Origin: a virus
Length of the DNA stretch: 64,000 nt
Reading direction: 5' to 3' (one strand)
IMG/VR virus record: IMGVR_UViG_3300007722_000007
Span: 1 to 64,000 of that record
Position 1 is the stretch's first letter, and each line of letters opens with the position of its first letter. Below the pieces are notes generated by a model. The model did no database searches, had not been told where the DNA came from, and worked only from the letters and a program-made list of their open reading frames with translations. Positions 10,601 to 20,163 of the stretch are shown here, piece after piece. The translations under genes and the position numbers were made by a program.

Positions 10601-12015
10601 AGAACAGGCAATGCCTCTGTAAACGCCACCTTTAAGCCGGCGAAAAAATCACCGAGCGACGCAATTAGATTCTGCAACGCTACTCCCCATGTAAGAAAAG
10701 TATCTTTATTATCTTCAGCGAGGTACGCTAGCTTTTCAGCATTTCGGCCAAATACTTTAAAGAACTCTATAATTGCCGGTCCGAATGTTTTCGTAATGAT
10801 GGTTGACCCGGCTTTAAATTTTTGCAAAGATTCAACAAATTCGGAAAACGATTTTCTTAAGTCGGTCCATGTTTTTGCAAGGTAACCCGAAGCGCCCTCA
10901 ACCAATGGCAGGTATTTCCGAGTTAGTGTAACGACAAAGTTTCCAAGTTTTTCTCCGAGTGTTGTCATACCGGGAAGTAACTTCATTTTTGCGAACTCTT
11001 GCGTCACCCCTTGAATTCTTCTAAATGTATTTCGCAGCACTTTAAAATAACTTTCCAGAAGATCCTTAACTGGCTCAAGAAGACCTTCGCCGAAATCCGC
11101 AAACTGAATGGCCAATGATGCCGTATAAGCTTTGAATTGCCCAACTAGAGTTTGGGACATAAGCGCATTTTGACCTCCAAGGCCAGCCTTCGTGGAGATA
11201 CTCCCGCTGGCAAGATTTTGCATTATCCCGGCTGCGGACTTATCCTTTTGAGACCCAATTGCCTTTACGAATTCTGGACTAATTTGCTGAGCGGCGGCGG
11301 CTGATTTCGCTCCGTATTTTTTTTCTTTAGCCAAAATACCGATGAATGCGGCGATTTGTTGGGCGCTCTTACTCGGGTCGGCTGTTGTGGCGCTAAAATC
11401 AAGAGCCCCTGCGAGCGCTCTTCTTTGGGCCGACGTCACCGCCCCCTGTATCGCCATGACCTTGTATGCCTGGGTTAAGCCGACTATACCAAGAGTGGCC
11501 AAACCTGTATCTTTCGCAAAGCTTCGCATTGCTGAAGCCGACCGAGCCATCCCGTCGCCGATAGCGGCGCTCCCCTTATAATTAAACGCCGTCATAGCGG
11601 CGGTATATTCAACAAACGCCGCCAAACCGACAGATATCGCGGCGGTCAAAGATACTACGGCAGCAGCGACGCCACCGAGAGCTATCCCGTATGCCTTGGA
11701 AAGTGCCTGTCCGGTTTTAAGCAGTAAGTTAACCGACGCCAGTGTCGCTGCTGTTATTACAAACTCGGCGACAAATGCAATTGCCGTCCAGAACAGCATG
11801 CGCATTGACTTATTAAGTTTATTCATTAATCTTGAGCTAATAGAAACTTCCCTGTTAAGTCCTTGGTGCCCCTTCATGGCGCCGGACAGATTATTTCCGT
11901 AACTACTTAGCCCTCTATTCTGTTTTGACATTGCCGCGTTGAGGCCATTAACGGACGCCAAAACAGCGGAAAGACCCTTGGTGCTGAACTTTACGTCTAC
12001 ATCTACATCTGGCAT
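7636..12015 (-). CDS. tape measure protein with C-terminal M15/LAS-type peptidase domain
   Basis: 1459 aa, Ala/Gly-rich helical protein after the tail chaperone; SDHLAGRAYD (H-x6-D) plus HLH near the C-terminus. Confidence 0.88.
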   Translation of the reverse strand: MPDVDVDVKFSTKGLSAVLASVNGLNAAMSKQNRGLSSYGNNLSGAMKGHQGLNREVSISSRLMNKLNKSMRMLFWTAIAFVAEFVITAATLASVNLLLKTGQALSKAYGIALGGVAAAVVSLTAAISVGLAAFVEYTAAMTAFNYKGSAAIGDGMARSASAMRSFAKDTGLATLGIVGLTQAYKVMAIQGAVTSAQRRALAGALDFSATTADPSKSAQQIAAFIGILAKEKKYGAKSAAAAQQISPEFVKAIGSQKDKSAAGIMQNLASGSISTKAGLGGQNALMSQTLVGQFKAYTASLAIQFADFGEGLLEPVKDLLESYFKVLRNTFRRIQGVTQEFAKMKLLPGMTTLGEKLGNFVVTLTRKYLPLVEGASGYLAKTWTDLRKSFSEFVESLQKFKAGSTIITKTFGPAIIEFFKVFGRNAEKLAYLAEDNKDTFLTWGVALQNLIASLGDFFAGLKVAFTEALPVLTAIVNALSALLRGLGRVASAVGTFQAFGGQFAPDGGAGKSGTRFAGLGPFAGAAVAGGMFMAMSKGRRRRFRGAVLNDPAAGASRYAAAVAGNQKSMSQTIFGSGRGRTRALGSFSSGIDDVASGVALSRWREINGRNQYGFRQFSEKEMQAGTAFSKVRGNFITPYNPNSPVNQSAMPLGLSGAAAKQWHNRRITTQLRRANAENASIRQLRFRDLRSNNAYNTAVGSGRGQRFDDAFRNRGTTGLGGVGFNPPSTSAARFFAIKTKMNAAMRGRGEQMQAGLRQQMSPGLGMAGMMLMSSGALDKIQDRTTRNAATGAAMGSIMGGKGMLIGGGLGMMAGQTSYAKGMLGGGAAGYATAASFTSGMPEQVKAVARIAGFLIGTAAGAIMVKSNRTKLSKAAASSINTGIMSDVVTAMLRDKDLSTTGARDVLKRKSGQRDSAIRLGGKAGIQQLYDQGFFGSTSTAEGKTAAQAAMANANLDRTSFYKTAGVGSSVDTQNKLALDNFDERIKLLMQRFGVDRRGAAAMAKKSGIDLFNTSLTVGNMFERLGKKMRMTAEDLKFALLDIGVGAMAELDKFRKRRGVTEAVRKQTMNLKELGGNATVDDFIDFQQTQFDYNSLINADDPAKQLQMFADMASGAMFKPGGLFDGNKELERQFNTKYDIGGGVLASGADMSAAAGKKGLSGAAGVGAQGVAGLLADRGFELDNQEMSRVTTQLQNAITGDPQKLGVLQDFLANKDVSAMDGNQILEEMAKVGLIGDLTGLNAERSFQALVAENLTKLGAEWGQQFLDALTVGFDDKPEWWENAPPWWQKGLKVDQNGNPTPDTYSPRRGLVGDTRIPRALGATLGAHSRFDSMLTGSRSITSSFRTDMLGSPSSDHLAGRAYDLVGQNLGQYSKMINDSGGFAEFHGVGGTRHLHVVPPLGDTRTSRSVSGVKGSKAGNNVVTPVTVNVYGGPGQSAELLAQKVMDVIARAQQNAVERS

Positions 12016-12048
12016 GTGAACCTCTCGCCCCGCTGAATGGCCTTGTTA

Positions 12049-12237
12049 TTAGCGGTTATCCGCCTCCTGCTTGTGGCGATCAGCCTCTATTACTTTAGCA
12101 CAGGCGTAACGAATTATCCACTCATCGGTGGTTGAATCAAGGATCCGAATTGGGTCGGTACCCCACAATTCTCCGAGCCTGGCCGCCGCAATAACCCGCG
12201 GATCTTCGGTCAGCTCTTCAATTGCTACTTCGTAGGG
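12049..12237 (-). CDS. -1 frameshift extension of the tail chaperone (gpGT-like)
   Basis: Open -1 frame PYEVAIEELTEDPRVIAAARLGELWGTDPIRIL...ADNR* that has no ATG and fills the gap to the tape measure gene; A-AAC-CCT heptamer at 12234-12240. Confidence 0.75.
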   Translation of the reverse strand, partial: PYEVAIEELTEDPRVIAAARLGELWGTDPIRILDSTTDEWIIRYACAKVIEADRHKQEADNR

Positions 12238-12728
12238 TTTTCTGAACTCTCGGCCGTGATCGTGTCACCAAAACCGCACGCTTCAATAATCGCCAGCGCC
12301 GCGGCCTCAACGTGAGCATCCAGGCCAAAGAATTTTTGAACACAATCGGGAATTGCCTTGACGGTTCCCGTCATTTCAAGAACGGACGCAGAGGCAAAAG
12401 TCAGTGGCCATCCGTCGTCCTGTGCTTCGTTCCCGTTAAAGAAAATTCCCTTTGTCGTCTGTCCGACTACGGTGCATGCGAACCGCGTTGAATCCATGCC
12501 CTTTGGGCTGTCTCCGCCATTTTGTTTTTGCCATGCGCGCAGCTGTTGCTGCGTGACATTCGGGGACACGAGGAGCTTTACTCCCGAACGCTCCGGAACG
12601 TCAATGAAAACATCATGTCGTTCAACTTTTCGCGCAATCACTTGTTTCAATTGCTTGAGGATTGAATCCTCTGTCTCGACGGGGGCGGATGTTACTGATG
12701 GGGTTTCGTTGTTTTGGGCCATTGGCAT
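12225..12728 (-). CDS. tail assembly chaperone (gpG-like)
   Basis: Between tube and tape measure genes; ends in ...ENPTK over a slippery heptamer. Confidence 0.8.
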   Translation of the reverse strand: MPMAQNNETPSVTSAPVETEDSILKQLKQVIARKVERHDVFIDVPERSGVKLLVSPNVTQQQLRAWQKQNGGDSPKGMDSTRFACTVVGQTTKGIFFNGNEAQDDGWPLTFASASVLEMTGTVKAIPDCVQKFFGLDAHVEAAALAIIEACGFGDTITAESSENPTK

Positions 12729-12776
12729 AACCTAGCATACACATAGCAGGGACGGCGTAACTCGTCAGCCTACTAC

Positions 12777-12798
12777 AAACCGGCTTTCATGCCGGTTT
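12777..12798 (-). terminator. hairpin after tail tube gene
   Basis: AAACCGGC-ATGAAA-GCCGGTTT inverted repeat 3 nt after the tube stop codon. Confidence 0.5.
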
Positions 12799-12801
12799 TA
12801 G

Positions 12802-13257
12802 CTAAATACCGAACGCTACTGGTGCGGCCCTGCCATTGATGGCAAATGTCAACGCAAACGTTGCCGGGGCGCCCGAGGAAGAATCGCCATCTGGCTCGGT
12901 TAGGCCGACTAGCAATGCCCCCGAGTAGGAACGATCTGGAACCCCCGACGCGATATCGCAATTCAGTCTAAAAATCGTGATGTCGTAAAAAGCCCTGCCG
13001 ACAAGAGTCCGCAAGTTTCCGAGATGTGTCACATCCAAATCCTTGTCATAGTGACGAGTCATTGTGATATCGCCAGTTTCAGCCGGCGCACACAATAATT
13101 CCGGGAATTGTTGACCACCGACATAAAGCTTTTCAACGGCCGCGGTTATTTCACCGCCAGATACCTGGGCAAAATAGCCAGTTAAATCAGGATGGACACC
13201 TTCTAGTACTGGCTTGATTTTTGCCAGTAGTTGTCTTTGCGCGAATTTCAGTCCCAT
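12802..13257 (-). CDS. tail tube protein
   Basis: 151 aa directly after the sheath gene; FAQVSGG, DITMTR and EPDGDSSSGAPATFALTF motifs fit contractile tail tubes. Confidence 0.8.
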   Translation of the reverse strand: MGLKFAQRQLLAKIKPVLEGVHPDLTGYFAQVSGGEITAAVEKLYVGGQQFPELLCAPAETGDITMTRHYDKDLDVTHLGNLRTLVGRAFYDITIFRLNCDIASGVPDRSYSGALLVGLTEPDGDSSSGAPATFALTFAINGRAAPVAFGI

Positions 13258-13273
13258 TGCCTATGTCCTCCGT

Positions 13274-14725
13274 TTAACCGAGTGTTGAAACTAGGTTTGA
13301 TTTGGTTATTTCAACTTCTATCGTATCTCCGATGGAAGAAACGCGACAGCTAACCTTTGCCTTAACCACGCCAGTGGCTAACTGTGACAGCGGATTAATT
13401 GCATCAGAAACATTGACCTTATAACCGGGATCAATAAATTTGCCATTTAAATCGTACGCTGAGAAAAGACCACCAGATGTTGATAGCGGATCGAGTAGGG
13501 AGACCAGGACGGCCTGCACTTCGCCGAATAAAGATTGTCTTCCGTCAATGACCGAAAAAACCAGCGACTCAAGTTTCAGTTCCGCCTGCGTAACAATGTA
13601 ATTCAGTGTCTCTCTGGCGTTTATGTATCGGTAATTTGCGTTATCTGAGGATGCCGAACGCGCTCCGTATATCCTGACACCACCGGCTATCAATCTAATT
13701 GGATTGACGTTTCCGGCGTCAAGAAGATTACCGGCAGCCGAACCAATTGCATACTCCACTCCGCTAACAAATTGAGCCTGTGTCTTTATCCCGGCGTATG
13801 CGGCCCAAGAGCCGACCTGGTTATGTTGCTTAGCTCTCTTGCCTGCCACATAGCCCTCACACGGAACACTAATACTAATCTCGCCGCGTGGTATTTTTAC
13901 CCATGGATAAAACCAGGCTGCCCCGTCCGCACCAGCTGTTTCCTGATACTCATCCGCTTTGGCTATAGCGCCGCTTGATGTTTCGTCTTGTCCAAAGCCG
14001 AGCAACGCAACTCTATTCATGGACTTTGCGTGTGCAATCAATGCGTCATAGACGGTGTCGTCATACATACCCGGTGCACAAACGGCGCCCGGCCCTGTTA
14101 CTGACCCAAAAACCGCGATTGCTTCAACCACGTCGCCTGCGTCCATTGTTACAGCTCCATCGTCACCACCGGCGAATACTTGATCCGTTACGGTTGCTGG
14201 CAGTAGGGCGGATGCGCCGGGTACGGCAGAAACATAGATTCGTGCCTGCGCTGAGCTATTTATTTCGGATACGGCCTGGGCAACAGTCGTGAATGCCGGG
14301 CTACTGTAAACAATTACTGTATTACTTTTTACTTTAACTTTAAATGACGTTGTGGAATTTACAACAGATGCGGTCAGCTGGGTGTTTGCCCATGTGCCCT
14401 CGCCGGACGCCAGCAACTTAAGTGCCTCTAAGGCGACGCTATCCACCAACGAAGACGAAGCGGAAACGGCATCATCCGGGATTGCCCTTGAGATGAAGCA
14501 ACGTGTTCCGCCCTCTTGGAAAAATGTTTCAACCGTTTCGTATGTGTACGCCGTTGAGATGGAGTTCCCATAAAGCAGGATGTAGTCGGCAAGGCTTGAA
14601 ACCAGCAACGCTCCGCCCTGTGGGCCCTTTTCTGTTTGTCCAGCGACGAATAGGGCCGATGTTGGATTTGCAGTTGTGCCAGATGGGCCAGTTGCAGTTG
14701 CTGTTGTGAGTACGATACCGGGCAT
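13274..14725 (-). CDS. tail sheath protein
   Basis: MPG start after a GGAGG RBS; FVAGQTEKGP, FFQEGG, GNVNPIR...YGARS and YRYINAR sheath motifs. Confidence 0.92.
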   Translation of the reverse strand: MPGIVLTTATATGPSGTTANPTSALFVAGQTEKGPQGGALLVSSLADYILLYGNSISTAYTYETVETFFQEGGTRCFISRAIPDDAVSASSSLVDSVALEALKLLASGEGTWANTQLTASVVNSTTSFKVKVKSNTVIVYSSPAFTTVAQAVSEINSSAQARIYVSAVPGASALLPATVTDQVFAGGDDGAVTMDAGDVVEAIAVFGSVTGPGAVCAPGMYDDTVYDALIAHAKSMNRVALLGFGQDETSSGAIAKADEYQETAGADGAAWFYPWVKIPRGEISISVPCEGYVAGKRAKQHNQVGSWAAYAGIKTQAQFVSGVEYAIGSAAGNLLDAGNVNPIRLIAGGVRIYGARSASSDNANYRYINARETLNYIVTQAELKLESLVFSVIDGRQSLFGEVQAVLVSLLDPLSTSGGLFSAYDLNGKFIDPGYKVNVSDAINPLSQLATGVVKAKVSCRVSSIGDTIEVEITKSNLVSTLG

Positions 14726-14852
14726 TTTAATTTCCTCCATTTTCCTCGTAGTTAAGCGAGGAGTTCAGCCAAAACGATAATACCATTATGCAATGGGTTT
14801 ATTTAGCAACCAATTTTTTTTTTGTTGATTGTGTCCTATTGGCTAAACAAGT

Positions 14853-15179
14853 TTACACCACCGGACAGCAGCCCGGTGACGAATGCCCTATACCGCTGCC
14901 GACAAACGGCACATAGGCGTTCAGTTTCCTTTTAAGCACCGGCCTTATGTCGGAAAGGTAATCTCCTTCGGAAAATGGGATAATAATCGCCAGACCGCTA
15001 GAAACCGCCGCCATTCCGACCCTGTCCGACGGCTCAATGAGACATACAGCCCCAGGGGCCAGATGTCTACCAATCTCGGAAATCTCCAAAATACGAGAAG
15101 AGACATTCTGCACCTGTATCAAATTACTGAATTCAGCCGGCAATTGCAAGACAACCCCAGTCAGGGTATAGAAAAGCAT
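14853..15179 (-). CDS. hypothetical protein
   Basis: In operon orientation between the tail terminator and sheath genes; true start uncertain. Confidence 0.45.
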   Translation of the reverse strand: MLFYTLTGVVLQLPAEFSNLIQVQNVSSRILEISEIGRHLAPGAVCLIEPSDRVGMAAVSSGLAIIIPFSEGDYLSDIRPVLKRKLNAYVPFVGSGIGHSSPGCCPVV

Positions 15180-15188
15180 ATGGCCAGA

Positions 15189-15833
15189 TTAGGGAAATGT
15201 GACAACGGCCGCCAGGACGTCAGAATCCGCCAGTAACGATTCCTCTAGATTTTTTTGGTTTATAAAGAACCTGATTTCCTCAAGTTCGGCGATTGGCTCA
15301 CGCATTACTGGTTCTTCTATTCTTAAATCATACGAAATATACGCCCCGGCCAAAAATCGGTCACCCTTGAGTAGGGTCAGTTCTGAATACTCCTCACTTA
15401 CCGAGGACTCGTCGATAACGGCATCCCGCATCGGATTGGCCCGCTGCAGGCATGGGTGATCGAGAAGGGCCGATCTGACGACAACGGTGAGACGATCTCT
15501 CATAATCGTGGTCGCCTCTGGTCCGTCAGCCCGAGCCCAGACATATGTCCTCATTCCATAATTCACAAAATATTCGGGATCCCCGGTGGCGCTATGACCG
15601 GACCTAGTTAATTTTTTTGTAGATATAGCAACGGTTACTATTGTCGGCCACCTATCAAGGACAAGGGGTTCGTAGCCGATAATTTCTTCAAAGTCTGGAA
15701 GTTCGGAAGAACTAACCCCCCACGCATTTCTATATCTATTCAGTCGGAGAGGGATGTCGATCCGTAAAAAATCATTGACAAACTGTTTCGCGAACTGCGG
15801 GCCATACATTGCCTCAGTAATTACAACGGGCAT
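15189..15833 (-). CDS. tail terminator/neck protein
   Basis: Position between the morphogenesis gene and sheath; translationally coupled. Confidence 0.55.
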   Translation of the reverse strand: MPVVITEAMYGPQFAKQFVNDFLRIDIPLRLNRYRNAWGVSSSELPDFEEIIGYEPLVLDRWPTIVTVAISTKKLTRSGHSATGDPEYFVNYGMRTYVWARADGPEATTIMRDRLTVVVRSALLDHPCLQRANPMRDAVIDESSVSEEYSELTLLKGDRFLAGAYISYDLRIEEPVMREPIAELEEIRFFINQKNLEESLLADSDVLAAVVTFP

Positions 15834-16444
15834 CAGCCGACCCCAAATTCATCTTTTTCAAATCCGACAATCCATTTGCCGATAAGACCCGCAGCAAACT
15901 CCCCAAAGCCAGCTGGCTCAAAAACTATTTGGCGAGCGGGCATATGCCTTGTGCCGTACTGGTGAAATTTTGCATACTTAACAGGCGCCCCCCTAAAAAC
16001 AATTGACGTTGAGGATCGCGGAATATCTACCAGCCCGACGGTAAGACTGCTCAATAATTTTCCCGTTATAACCATGGGAACGGGGAATCCGTGGGCCAAT
16101 TTCCACGCTCCATAAGCAGGGCTTAATGGTCGCCATCCCCCAACCGGAAGTCCGTTCGTTGCAAAGTTTGCGGCATTTGATGTTCTGATATAAGCGCTGA
16201 AAGAAGGAAACAGAGGAGTTATTGTTTCGGCCTTTGCGAGCATTTTGCCCATAGCCGTATATATGGCTGCGAAATCTGGATCAAAGTCAACATCGTAGGC
16301 CTGTCCGGGCGATTTGCCGAATCCAGACATTCTGATTGATTGTTCTGTTCCTTTAATTTCCACCATCACCTTTGTCCAACTTGCCTTATTTAAATTGGAA
16401 CTAAGAGAGACAGTCATATCGTCACCCCTTGTGAATCTATACAT
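15833..16444 (-). CDS. virion morphogenesis protein (Mu gpG/neck-like)
   Basis: WRPLSPAY, TGKLLSSL and KYAKFHQYGTRHMPAR motifs; alternative start at 16417. Confidence 0.8.
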   Translation of the reverse strand: MYRFTRGDDMTVSLSSNLNKASWTKVMVEIKGTEQSIRMSGFGKSPGQAYDVDFDPDFAAIYTAMGKMLAKAETITPLFPSFSAYIRTSNAANFATNGLPVGGWRPLSPAYGAWKLAHGFPVPMVITGKLLSSLTVGLVDIPRSSTSIVFRGAPVKYAKFHQYGTRHMPARQIVFEPAGFGEFAAGLIGKWIVGFEKDEFGVG

Positions 16445-16445
16445 G

Positions 16446-17300
16446 CTACGAAATCCTTCGTCTGCGGTATTTGCGCATCGCTATTAATTCTTTTTCTAAA
16501 AACCCAGTTTCCAGGGGGGCGACATTTCGCGTAGTTAAATCTTTCATTCCAACAGTATCGTCGTGCATGTTTTGAATTTCCCGCGTGGCAGCCCTAAGTA
16601 CCATAATTTTAAAAACCTTTATCCCATCTCCATCTAGTCCGCCGGAATAATTAACCGTGACAATCTCATTTGGATAGCCGGCAAAAATTTCAACGCCGTA
16701 ACGATGCACGGTGTAGTCGCTACCGGTGGCAATCGCCGCTCCGCCCGATATGTATGCGTCGATAGACGCGGTATAAGCGACGGTGAATGTTGTTGCCGAC
16801 ACTGATGTTATCTGTAGATTTTGGATATTGTATTGCGTTGGAAGGGCACTAGTAATCCGCACATACTGACCTATGGTAAATGAATTGTCCGCTGTAAAAA
16901 CAATTGAGTCATCAACCTTGGACGCTTCCGTGACCGTCGCTACCTTGCGAATCGATTCTGCGAGAAAGAGATTCTCCCGCACGGAACCGGCAACCGAAAC
17001 GCTTAAAACGCTGATTACTGGTGAGTTGCGCAAAGAGATCATGTGACTTGGGGTGATGAAATTTGGCAAATTCCCCGATGTATCCAGGCTGATGTTGTAC
17101 ATAAATGTTGTTCCCGGAATGCCGGCGGAATGACTCGGGATAACATGCTCTTCGGTGACGGTAGTTGGTTGTACGGGCCGATTTAAAAATGATTCCAATT
17201 CACTCTGTAATCCAGCCAGGACCATCTCGGCGGCGTCTTCTTGACGTGCCGTCAGGGATATATCCATAAACGTTTTTAGCTCAGCGAGTGAGACGAGCAT
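16446..17300 (-). CDS. head-tail adaptor/connector
   Basis: MLVSLAELKTFM...ELESFLNR N-terminus and VTVNYSGG as in gp6-like adaptors, with a beta-rich insertion. Confidence 0.78.
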   Translation of the reverse strand: MLVSLAELKTFMDISLTARQEDAAEMVLAGLQSELESFLNRPVQPTTVTEEHVIPSHSAGIPGTTFMYNISLDTSGNLPNFITPSHMISLRNSPVISVLSVSVAGSVRENLFLAESIRKVATVTEASKVDDSIVFTADNSFTIGQYVRITSALPTQYNIQNLQITSVSATTFTVAYTASIDAYISGGAAIATGSDYTVHRYGVEIFAGYPNEIVTVNYSGGLDGDGIKVFKIMVLRAATREIQNMHDDTVGMKDLTTRNVAPLETGFLEKELIAMRKYRRRRIS

Positions 17301-17308
17301 AATTGTGC

Positions 17309-17581
17309 CTAACCTCTGCCGAGTAGTCTTCTTCTTGCCTCCGCCGCCAAGGTTCGGCCTTCGCCAGGCGCAGTTCTTTCTCTTCTGCCCTGACCGAATT
17401 GCAACCGATCAGCGAGCCGCCTAACCGCATAGGCCGTGGCCCTTCTCCACCAAGAAGGGCGCCTTTGTGATGCCGGTCTTGGGATAACCGCAAGACCCGT
17501 TCCGGTCAGTCGTCTTTCGGGGATGAGATCTACAGCTTCGGCAACAAGCTCCTCATCTTCTACGTCAGAAGGAAAATTCAT
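17309..17581 (-). CDS. hypothetical protein (Arg-rich C-terminus)
   Basis: GGAGG RBS upstream; fits the operon gap. Confidence 0.65.
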   Translation of the reverse strand: MNFPSDVEDEELVAEAVDLIPERRLTGTGLAVIPRPASQRRPSWWRRATAYAVRRLADRLQFGQGRRERTAPGEGRTLAAEARRRLLGRG

Positions 17582-17644
17582 TAAGACCTCCGGGTCAATG
17601 GCTACTTGGTATTTTACACCAATAGCACGTTTAAACCCAGCAGG

Positions 17645-18202
17645 TTAGCGATCCTTGTTGGGTGGCCGTTCAAGAACCGGTTGACCCGCCGGCGACTCAG
17701 CTTCTATTGGCACCCACGCACGAGAATAAACGTGCTCTTTGATTTTTCGCTCTTTTATGACCGATCCATCGACCAGCACGCCCATTTCCGAATTTGTGAT
17801 TGTTAATAGGTCTTTAAGCTCATCTTCGGTATATTTCCGTGAAAACATTATAGTCCTAATTGCATTGGACATTAGTTTTGTCACAATCTGCCCCCTCCCG
17901 CGGTTCAAACGCAGATGCATGACGATTGAGTCTATTTCATCTATGTCAAAAAATATGACCGGGACCATCCCGTCATCGCGCTCCAGAATTTGCTTATTCG
18001 TCTGCGCGCACACCCATCGGTGGAATCCGTCGATAATGTAACCAGTCGATAGTTGGACAATCAATGGGGATACCCACCCAATATCGCCCAGGGAACCGGA
18101 CAGTACCTTTAGATCTGGCTTTAATGTGTGGGTTGAGCGCCACGGCGCGGGCCTTATTGATTTGTAATTTACGAGTTTACTGGAATCGATGAGATTTATC
18201 AT
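17645..18202 (-). CDS. ParB/Srx-like protein (IbrB-like)
   Basis: GWVSPLIV, IIDGFHRW and HLRLNRGRG motifs. Confidence 0.8.
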   Translation of the reverse strand: MINLIDSSKLVNYKSIRPAPWRSTHTLKPDLKVLSGSLGDIGWVSPLIVQLSTGYIIDGFHRWVCAQTNKQILERDDGMVPVIFFDIDEIDSIVMHLRLNRGRGQIVTKLMSNAIRTIMFSRKYTEDELKDLLTITNSEMGVLVDGSVIKERKIKEHVYSRAWVPIEAESPAGQPVLERPPNKDR

Positions 18203-18214
18203 TATCCGATCATC

Positions 18215-19378
18215 CTATCGGCGCTCATCAATAATGTCAACGGAGTCCATATCGGCAAGGTCGGATGCTTCCTGTATCTGGATCGTGTAAGCCCTGGTCC
18301 CCGGTCCAATTGGGTGGGGGGATGTGCCAATAAATTCGTGAAGAAGTAGATTGCGAATTAACCAATGAACCGGATACGATCTCGGCTCCTTAACATTTTT
18401 TTTGCGGAAATCTCCCGCGTAAGCAAGGGCCCGCTGTTTGAGCCCTGGAGTCAATACATTTTCGTCGATACAATCCCTGACGCCGTCCCACCCCGACTGC
18501 GCATATCCCATTATGACCGCCTCAATGTCATAGTCCGCCCACAGCCTCCTCTGGGCATCTATGTGGGGATACACCGCAACCAGGTCATCATAAAATGATG
18601 GCTCCGTTGCGATCACATCCCCTATTCGCCTAATTGCGACGGCATGTAACGGTATCCCGACGCGGGTATTACTTCCTGTAGCGGCAGCCAAATCGTAGTA
18701 CTCGCAATATGGGGCATTATGTTCTTCGGTGATATATTTAAAAACATCATCAGTCGTCCAATCATAGATCGGCTTAGCAAACCGCAACGGGATATTGCGT
18801 TTTGACCTATACGGGATTACGATGTAGTTCTCGTGGAGTTTCTGCACAAGGGAGCGATACCTAATCATCGACTCGTTCGCGCGCACGCCTAACACGAATG
18901 CGACCTTGCCTCGTTTCCCTTGCATCGTATAATAATCAATTGTTTCCTTGATCGGCTTATCCGGATCTAGGCCAAAATCTTCGGCCCTTATTGCCCAACT
19001 CGGCATTACCCTAGTTAGTCGCCCCTCTTTTGCCCTGGCCGCCGACCACAATAGACAATATTGTCGCCGGCCAAGAACCCATACATCCGTTCCCTGGGGA
19101 AGGCAATACCACTCCATATCAACCCAATCGTAATTCCTAACCTCTTCAACAAATTTCACTATTGTCGGACTTAACATTTCTTCATCTCGGAAAATAACTT
19201 TTACTGGCCCAAGGTTTCGTTCTTCGTGAATTTCTTTTGCTAAGTACAAAATCGCCGTACTGTCCTTGCCCCCGGAGAACTGAATACATACGGTGTCAAA
19301 CGTGTCATAAATATGACGCATTCGTTGGCGCGCGGCTTCAAGGCAGGACATAGCAAGAAACATACGCTGGCGCGGCAT
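18215..19378 (-). CDS. PAPS reductase-family protein (IbrA-like)
   Basis: PP-loop QFSGGKDS, FRDEE, GVRANES..R and PIYDW motifs. Confidence 0.88.
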   Translation of the reverse strand: MPRQRMFLAMSCLEAARQRMRHIYDTFDTVCIQFSGGKDSTAILYLAKEIHEERNLGPVKVIFRDEEMLSPTIVKFVEEVRNYDWVDMEWYCLPQGTDVWVLGRRQYCLLWSAARAKEGRLTRVMPSWAIRAEDFGLDPDKPIKETIDYYTMQGKRGKVAFVLGVRANESMIRYRSLVQKLHENYIVIPYRSKRNIPLRFAKPIYDWTTDDVFKYITEEHNAPYCEYYDLAAATGSNTRVGIPLHAVAIRRIGDVIATEPSFYDDLVAVYPHIDAQRRLWADYDIEAVIMGYAQSGWDGVRDCIDENVLTPGLKQRALAYAGDFRKKNVKEPRSYPVHWLIRNLLLHEFIGTSPHPIGPGTRAYTIQIQEASDLADMDSVDIIDERR

Positions 19379-20163
19379 TAGAAATCCGCGTGCGTTTTTA
19401 TAAACTCAATGAGCTTTGATGCGGTTGTATCTCCGACATAGGCGACATCACCGCGAAGGTACCGTATAAAGTCATACCAATTGCGCTGTTGAGACGAATC
19501 GTCAAAAACTAGCGTATATTGAACTACTGCTTTTTCTCCGCCGCGGACACCGACAGCAGGGCTTCCAAGCGAGACGGCATCAGATTCATCCACGTCCGGA
19601 GATGCGACGTATACATTTTCATTATTTTGACCAATTTCAATATGGGGCGTTGCATCATCAATGGGTTTAAACGGATTAATTTCCGGAGGCGCCACATACC
19701 CGGAACGATTATCATTTTTTGAACTTCGGATTTCGTCAACAGAAAGTGACGCAATTTCAAACTCGTCCCAGCCAAGGTTGTCAAATAAACTTTTGTTCGT
19801 ATCTGCTAGTTCGTTTATTATGCTAATCAATAATGACTGATCCGTTTCGCCCAGTGCGCTTGTTCTATTATCAGCCAAAGCGAAAGCAACAGCCTTGCTG
19901 TCGTCAATATCAACCACCACGGCCGCAATCTGGTCCCAGCCGAGCTTTATTGCGGCCTGTAACTGGTGGTTGCCGGCGATAACCGTAAATGTGTCATTCG
20001 CATTTTTCGTGACAACGATTGGCTTCAGCTGTCCAAACTCCTCGTACGACGCCGCAATCGCAGTGACATTTCCATGCCGTGGATTTTTTTCTAATGGTAT
20101 TAGTTTGTTAATGTCAATGGCCATTTCCGCCAGCGACGGGTGTATGCCGTTCACGGTCGTCAT
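19378..20163 (-). CDS. ParB N-terminal domain protein
   Basis: NPR, FGQLKPIVV, VIAGNHQLQAA and ALADNRTS motifs. Confidence 0.85.
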   Translation of the reverse strand: MTTVNGIHPSLAEMAIDINKLIPLEKNPRHGNVTAIAASYEEFGQLKPIVVTKNANDTFTVIAGNHQLQAAIKLGWDQIAAVVVDIDDSKAVAFALADNRTSALGETDQSLLISIINELADTNKSLFDNLGWDEFEIASLSVDEIRSSKNDNRSGYVAPPEINPFKPIDDATPHIEIGQNNENVYVASPDVDESDAVSLGSPAVGVRGGEKAVVQYTLVFDDSSQQRNWYDFIRYLRGDVAYVGDTTASKLIEFIKTHADF

